NCBI GenBank assembly: GCA_024679065.1 | Contig: JAGIQG010000002.1 | Location: 116,622,001 to 116,686,000 of the forward strand | DNA: 64,000 nt | From: Sphyrna mokarran | Lineage: Eukaryota | Direction: 5' to 3' | Shown here: positions 61,191 through 64,000 of the stretch, one piece after another | How positions within the stretch are numbered: the first letter of the stretch is position 1 | Layout of the letters: every line of letters starts with the position of its first letter | The notes under the pieces: generated by a model | Databases searched by the model: none | What the model was told of the DNA's origin: nothing | What the model saw: only the letters and a program-made list of their open reading frames with translations | Program-made: the position numbers and the translations under genes

Positions 61191-61725
61191 TTGCACGACA
61201 ATCTGCGACAACTTTATGATCACTTCCTTTTCAAAGCATCAAATATTGTTTATTTGTTCAACCTTTGATATCAAGTAAGATAGCCAGAATATTGTCTCCA
61301 TTTTTGAAATGAATTCTTTGGTGAGTGATGAGACTTCTATTATGTTTGAAATGAGCATCTTCAGTTAATAAATAACAGAAGTGTGCCTCATCAGGATATA
61401 TTTAGTCCACCTAGTAAATGGGAAATCTCATAGCAAACAGTCCACTCTCTTATCCCTGACAGCTACAGCTACACTTGCCAACAGCAATCAAGGAGAAATG
61501 GAACGATTTGTACTTCCATCAAAGCTCAGAAGGGCAACTGTAATACTTGTATTGACTCCGATTAGCTAAAAGCACAGAATTTGGCCTCTTCCACATTAGT
61601 GTCTCACAGCACAGTGATTTTTCAAGCTGAATCATTGAGTAAGTTCTGCGCTCTTGTATTTGCCTAGAATGCCATGTGAAGGGCTCCATTGTCATAAACC
61701 AGAAGAGAAGCTGTCACCATTCACA

Positions 61726-61919
61726 AAAACAGAAAAATTCAAGAAAATCTCAGCAAGTCTGAGAGCATCTGTGGAGAGAATAGAGGCAACGTTACAAGTC
61801 TGGCCAAAGGGACATTCAGACTCAAAACGTTGGTTCTATTCTCTCTCCACAGAGGCTGTCAGATCTGCTGTTTTTCTGTTTTAGTTTCAGATTTCAGCAC
61901 CCACTGTATTTTGCTTTTA
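61726..61919. mobile_element. Family B foldback mini-element (tail on the right)
   Basis: Perfect 14-bp TSD tgtcaccattcaca (61712-61725 / 61920-61933); inverted arms; centre gggacattcagactcaaaacgttgg is a stem II/GAAAC-GTT remnant. Confidence 0.85.
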
Positions 61920-62759
61920 TGTCACCATTCACAGTTGTCTTAGACTTTGTCTTCTAAGCAGAATTATAGCTTAGAAGAGATAGCAAAATGTTGTTATCTT
62001 TTGTCAATCTACTTTGACTTTAGCTGCTTTTTTGTTGCTTCTGGCAACTTTGCCTGTATTACCACCTGATTTTTCCACATTCAATGTAAGTCAGTGGAGA
62101 AGAAAACACAAAATTATTGTAGGAGACTACATTGTTTTGCAAATGCATAGTTATAAACATTACAATATCCAATGTATTAGTTGCATATTTACAAGTTTAC
62201 AGCATGAACGCTATCTGTACTCTTGGTCTAACAGAGTACCTTCCACTCAGTACCATTCACTTCTTTATCTTCAGCACCAAGTCCCCATCCCTTACTCACC
62301 CCCACTCCCACAGAAAGGACAGGCACTTGGATTGGTACCAAAAGTATTGGCACGTAGACTGTTAAGTTTAAATGTTACTGAAAGCAATATAATTCCTTTT
62401 AAAAAAAAGGAATGAAAATCATTTTCCTTTGTGAGAATAATTTAAATTTAAATTATTCAAGGGCAACTAGGGATGGGCAATAAATACTGGCCAGCTAGCG
62501 ATACCCTGTGAATGAATAAAAAAAGGTGGCCCCAGAAAGCAATCTGTTGTTTTATTCCAGAGGTGACAATAGCTATAACTTCTGTTACAAAAATAAAATA
62601 CTCATGCACAACTATAAGTTCTGTGTTTGCTAGTTTGTTATTGACGATTGTGGGGAGGTATGACAGAGAGAGTGTCTTTAGGAAAATTGTGCTATAAGGT
62701 GACTTTAAAGGCAAGTGATGGACTGAATAAGGTTCTTAAAGCTGTTTGGGACAAGCTGA

Positions 62760-63460
62760 TGGGAGATGACTTTTGGACGAGATGGTGATTGGTTCAGCAG
62801 GTCTAGATGCCTGAGATAGGACAGGTGATATGGACAATTCTGTGGTCCCTTGCTCAAACAGTAATATAGTCAAGCAAGCACCAGTGTTTAGAATATAGGT
62901 GTTGCCCTGTGGCCTTGCACTTGTCTTGTTGGTGGAACAGGGAGTCAGTTGTGACAAAGTCATTTTCCAGGTGTTTTGTCAGGAGGACATTCAGGTTTGC
63001 TTCTCCCTATTCCATCATTGCTTATAACACTCTTCCTGAGATGTGTTTGTCACCTGCTAGGATTCCGGATGGAGATTGCACAAGGTTAGTGTAGAATCCC
63101 TCCTTGGCCGTGTCTGTTGCCTCAAGAGTGTGTGTGCTGATGGTAGTGGCTGCTGATTCTTTGTTAGGGTGAACTGGGTGGTCTATTCCACAGGGGAAGT
63201 CACTGAAGTGCCAGACAAGCTCGTTTTTGATGACAGAGCCCATCCTGTGGAGGCACGAAAGGCCCTTCCAGAAAAAAGTATATTTGCAGCCCTGTTCCTT
63301 AAGTCGCTTTTCTGCACATTATAATTCGCTTAGGACTACAATGTTGAATTTCTCAGGCTGTGATGGTGGCCTGTCGCTGTTTGGGTTGTCCACATGAATC
63401 TTGACATTCCAGCTCATAAACCTCATTGACAAGTGGAAGATGCCTGTGCCTGATTTTTTT
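62760..63460 (-). mobile_element. RTE LINE endonuclease (5') fragment
   Basis: - strand SWNV...YTFFWKG...IKNELV...TLEATDTAKEGFY, typical of the RTE AP endonuclease. Confidence 0.7.
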
Positions 63461-63510
63461 TCCTAAGCATATGGTGGTCATTGCATACTTGTTCCATACT
63501 AATGGCTCTC

Positions 63511-63690
63511 AGCACAGGATGGCACAGTGGTTAGCACTGCTGCAATACTGTCAGGGACCGAGGTTCAATTCCAGCCTCAGCTGATTGTGTGGAGTTTGCA
63601 TATTCTCCCCATGTCTGCGTGGGGTTCTTCTAGGTGCTCCATTTCCTCCCATAGTCCCAAGATGGGCACATTAGGCAAATTGGCCATGGT
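63511..63690 (+). mobile_element. V-SINE 5' part
   Basis: tggcacagtggttagcactgctg, ggttcaattcc, V core. Confidence 0.8.
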
Positions 63691-63719
63691 ATGCAGTATT
63701 CATCAAGGAGAAGGACATG

Positions 63720-64000
63720 AATGAATGTTGAGGTCAGGGATAGATGTGTGAAATGTCAATATATTGAAGGAAAAGTGTTGGGTGTTCTAAATTGCAGTAA
63801 GATAGATTAGTCCCTGGAGCTGGATGGGATCCATCCCAGGTTACTGTGAGAGGCAAGGGGAGAAATAGCTAGGGCCTTAACAGATGTCTTCACATCCTCT
63901 TTAATCACTGGAGAGGTTCCAGGGGACTGGAGAATAGCCAATGTTGTTCCCATGTTTAAGAAAGGAAGCAGAGATAATCCAGAAAATTGTAGGCTGGTGA
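63720..64000 (+). mobile_element. CR1 fragment running off the window
   Basis: SPGAGWDPS/DGIHPRLL..GEVPGDWRIANVVPMFKKGSRDNPEN motifs. Confidence 0.85.

Noticed and set aside
47495-64000. SCGN exon 3
   Set aside because: No segment resembling the expected F-M-x-x-Y/Q-D...DGR motif with splice sites was recognised; probably beyond the window, though I may have missed it.

Overview
AT-rich, repeat-dense vertebrate genomic DNA, almost certainly from an elasmobranch (shark), judging by HE1-type V-SINEs, HER1/CR1 LINEs with (TGTTCTA)n tails and a Deu-domain SINE. Two host genes lie on the + strand in the same order as in mammals. The first is the 3' end of CARMIL1/LRRC16A (exon 595-738, a probable cassette exon 1937-2089, last coding exon 11123-11331 ending ...SSDSGEEGDKDYIFV*). 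The second is the 5' end of secretagogin SCGN (exons 45571-45643 and 47424-47494). The rest is mostly transposon-derived: CR1, RTE and L2-like LINE fragments, several SINE families, degenerate PIF/Harbinger elements, a hAT MITE and a Penelope-like retroelement (RT + GIY-YIG) with an inverted pseudo-LTR. The most striking pattern is two families of short (85-230 bp) asymmetric foldback elements. They have a one-sided ~30-38 nt tail, inverted arms, often a 12-15 bp target-site duplication, and in most copies a minimal hammerhead-ribozyme motif. One family matches the terminus of the Penelope element in this window. A REST/RE1-like site also overlaps the SCGN start codon. All family assignments come from motif recognition by eye, not from database searches, and TE boundaries are approximate unless a TSD is quoted.
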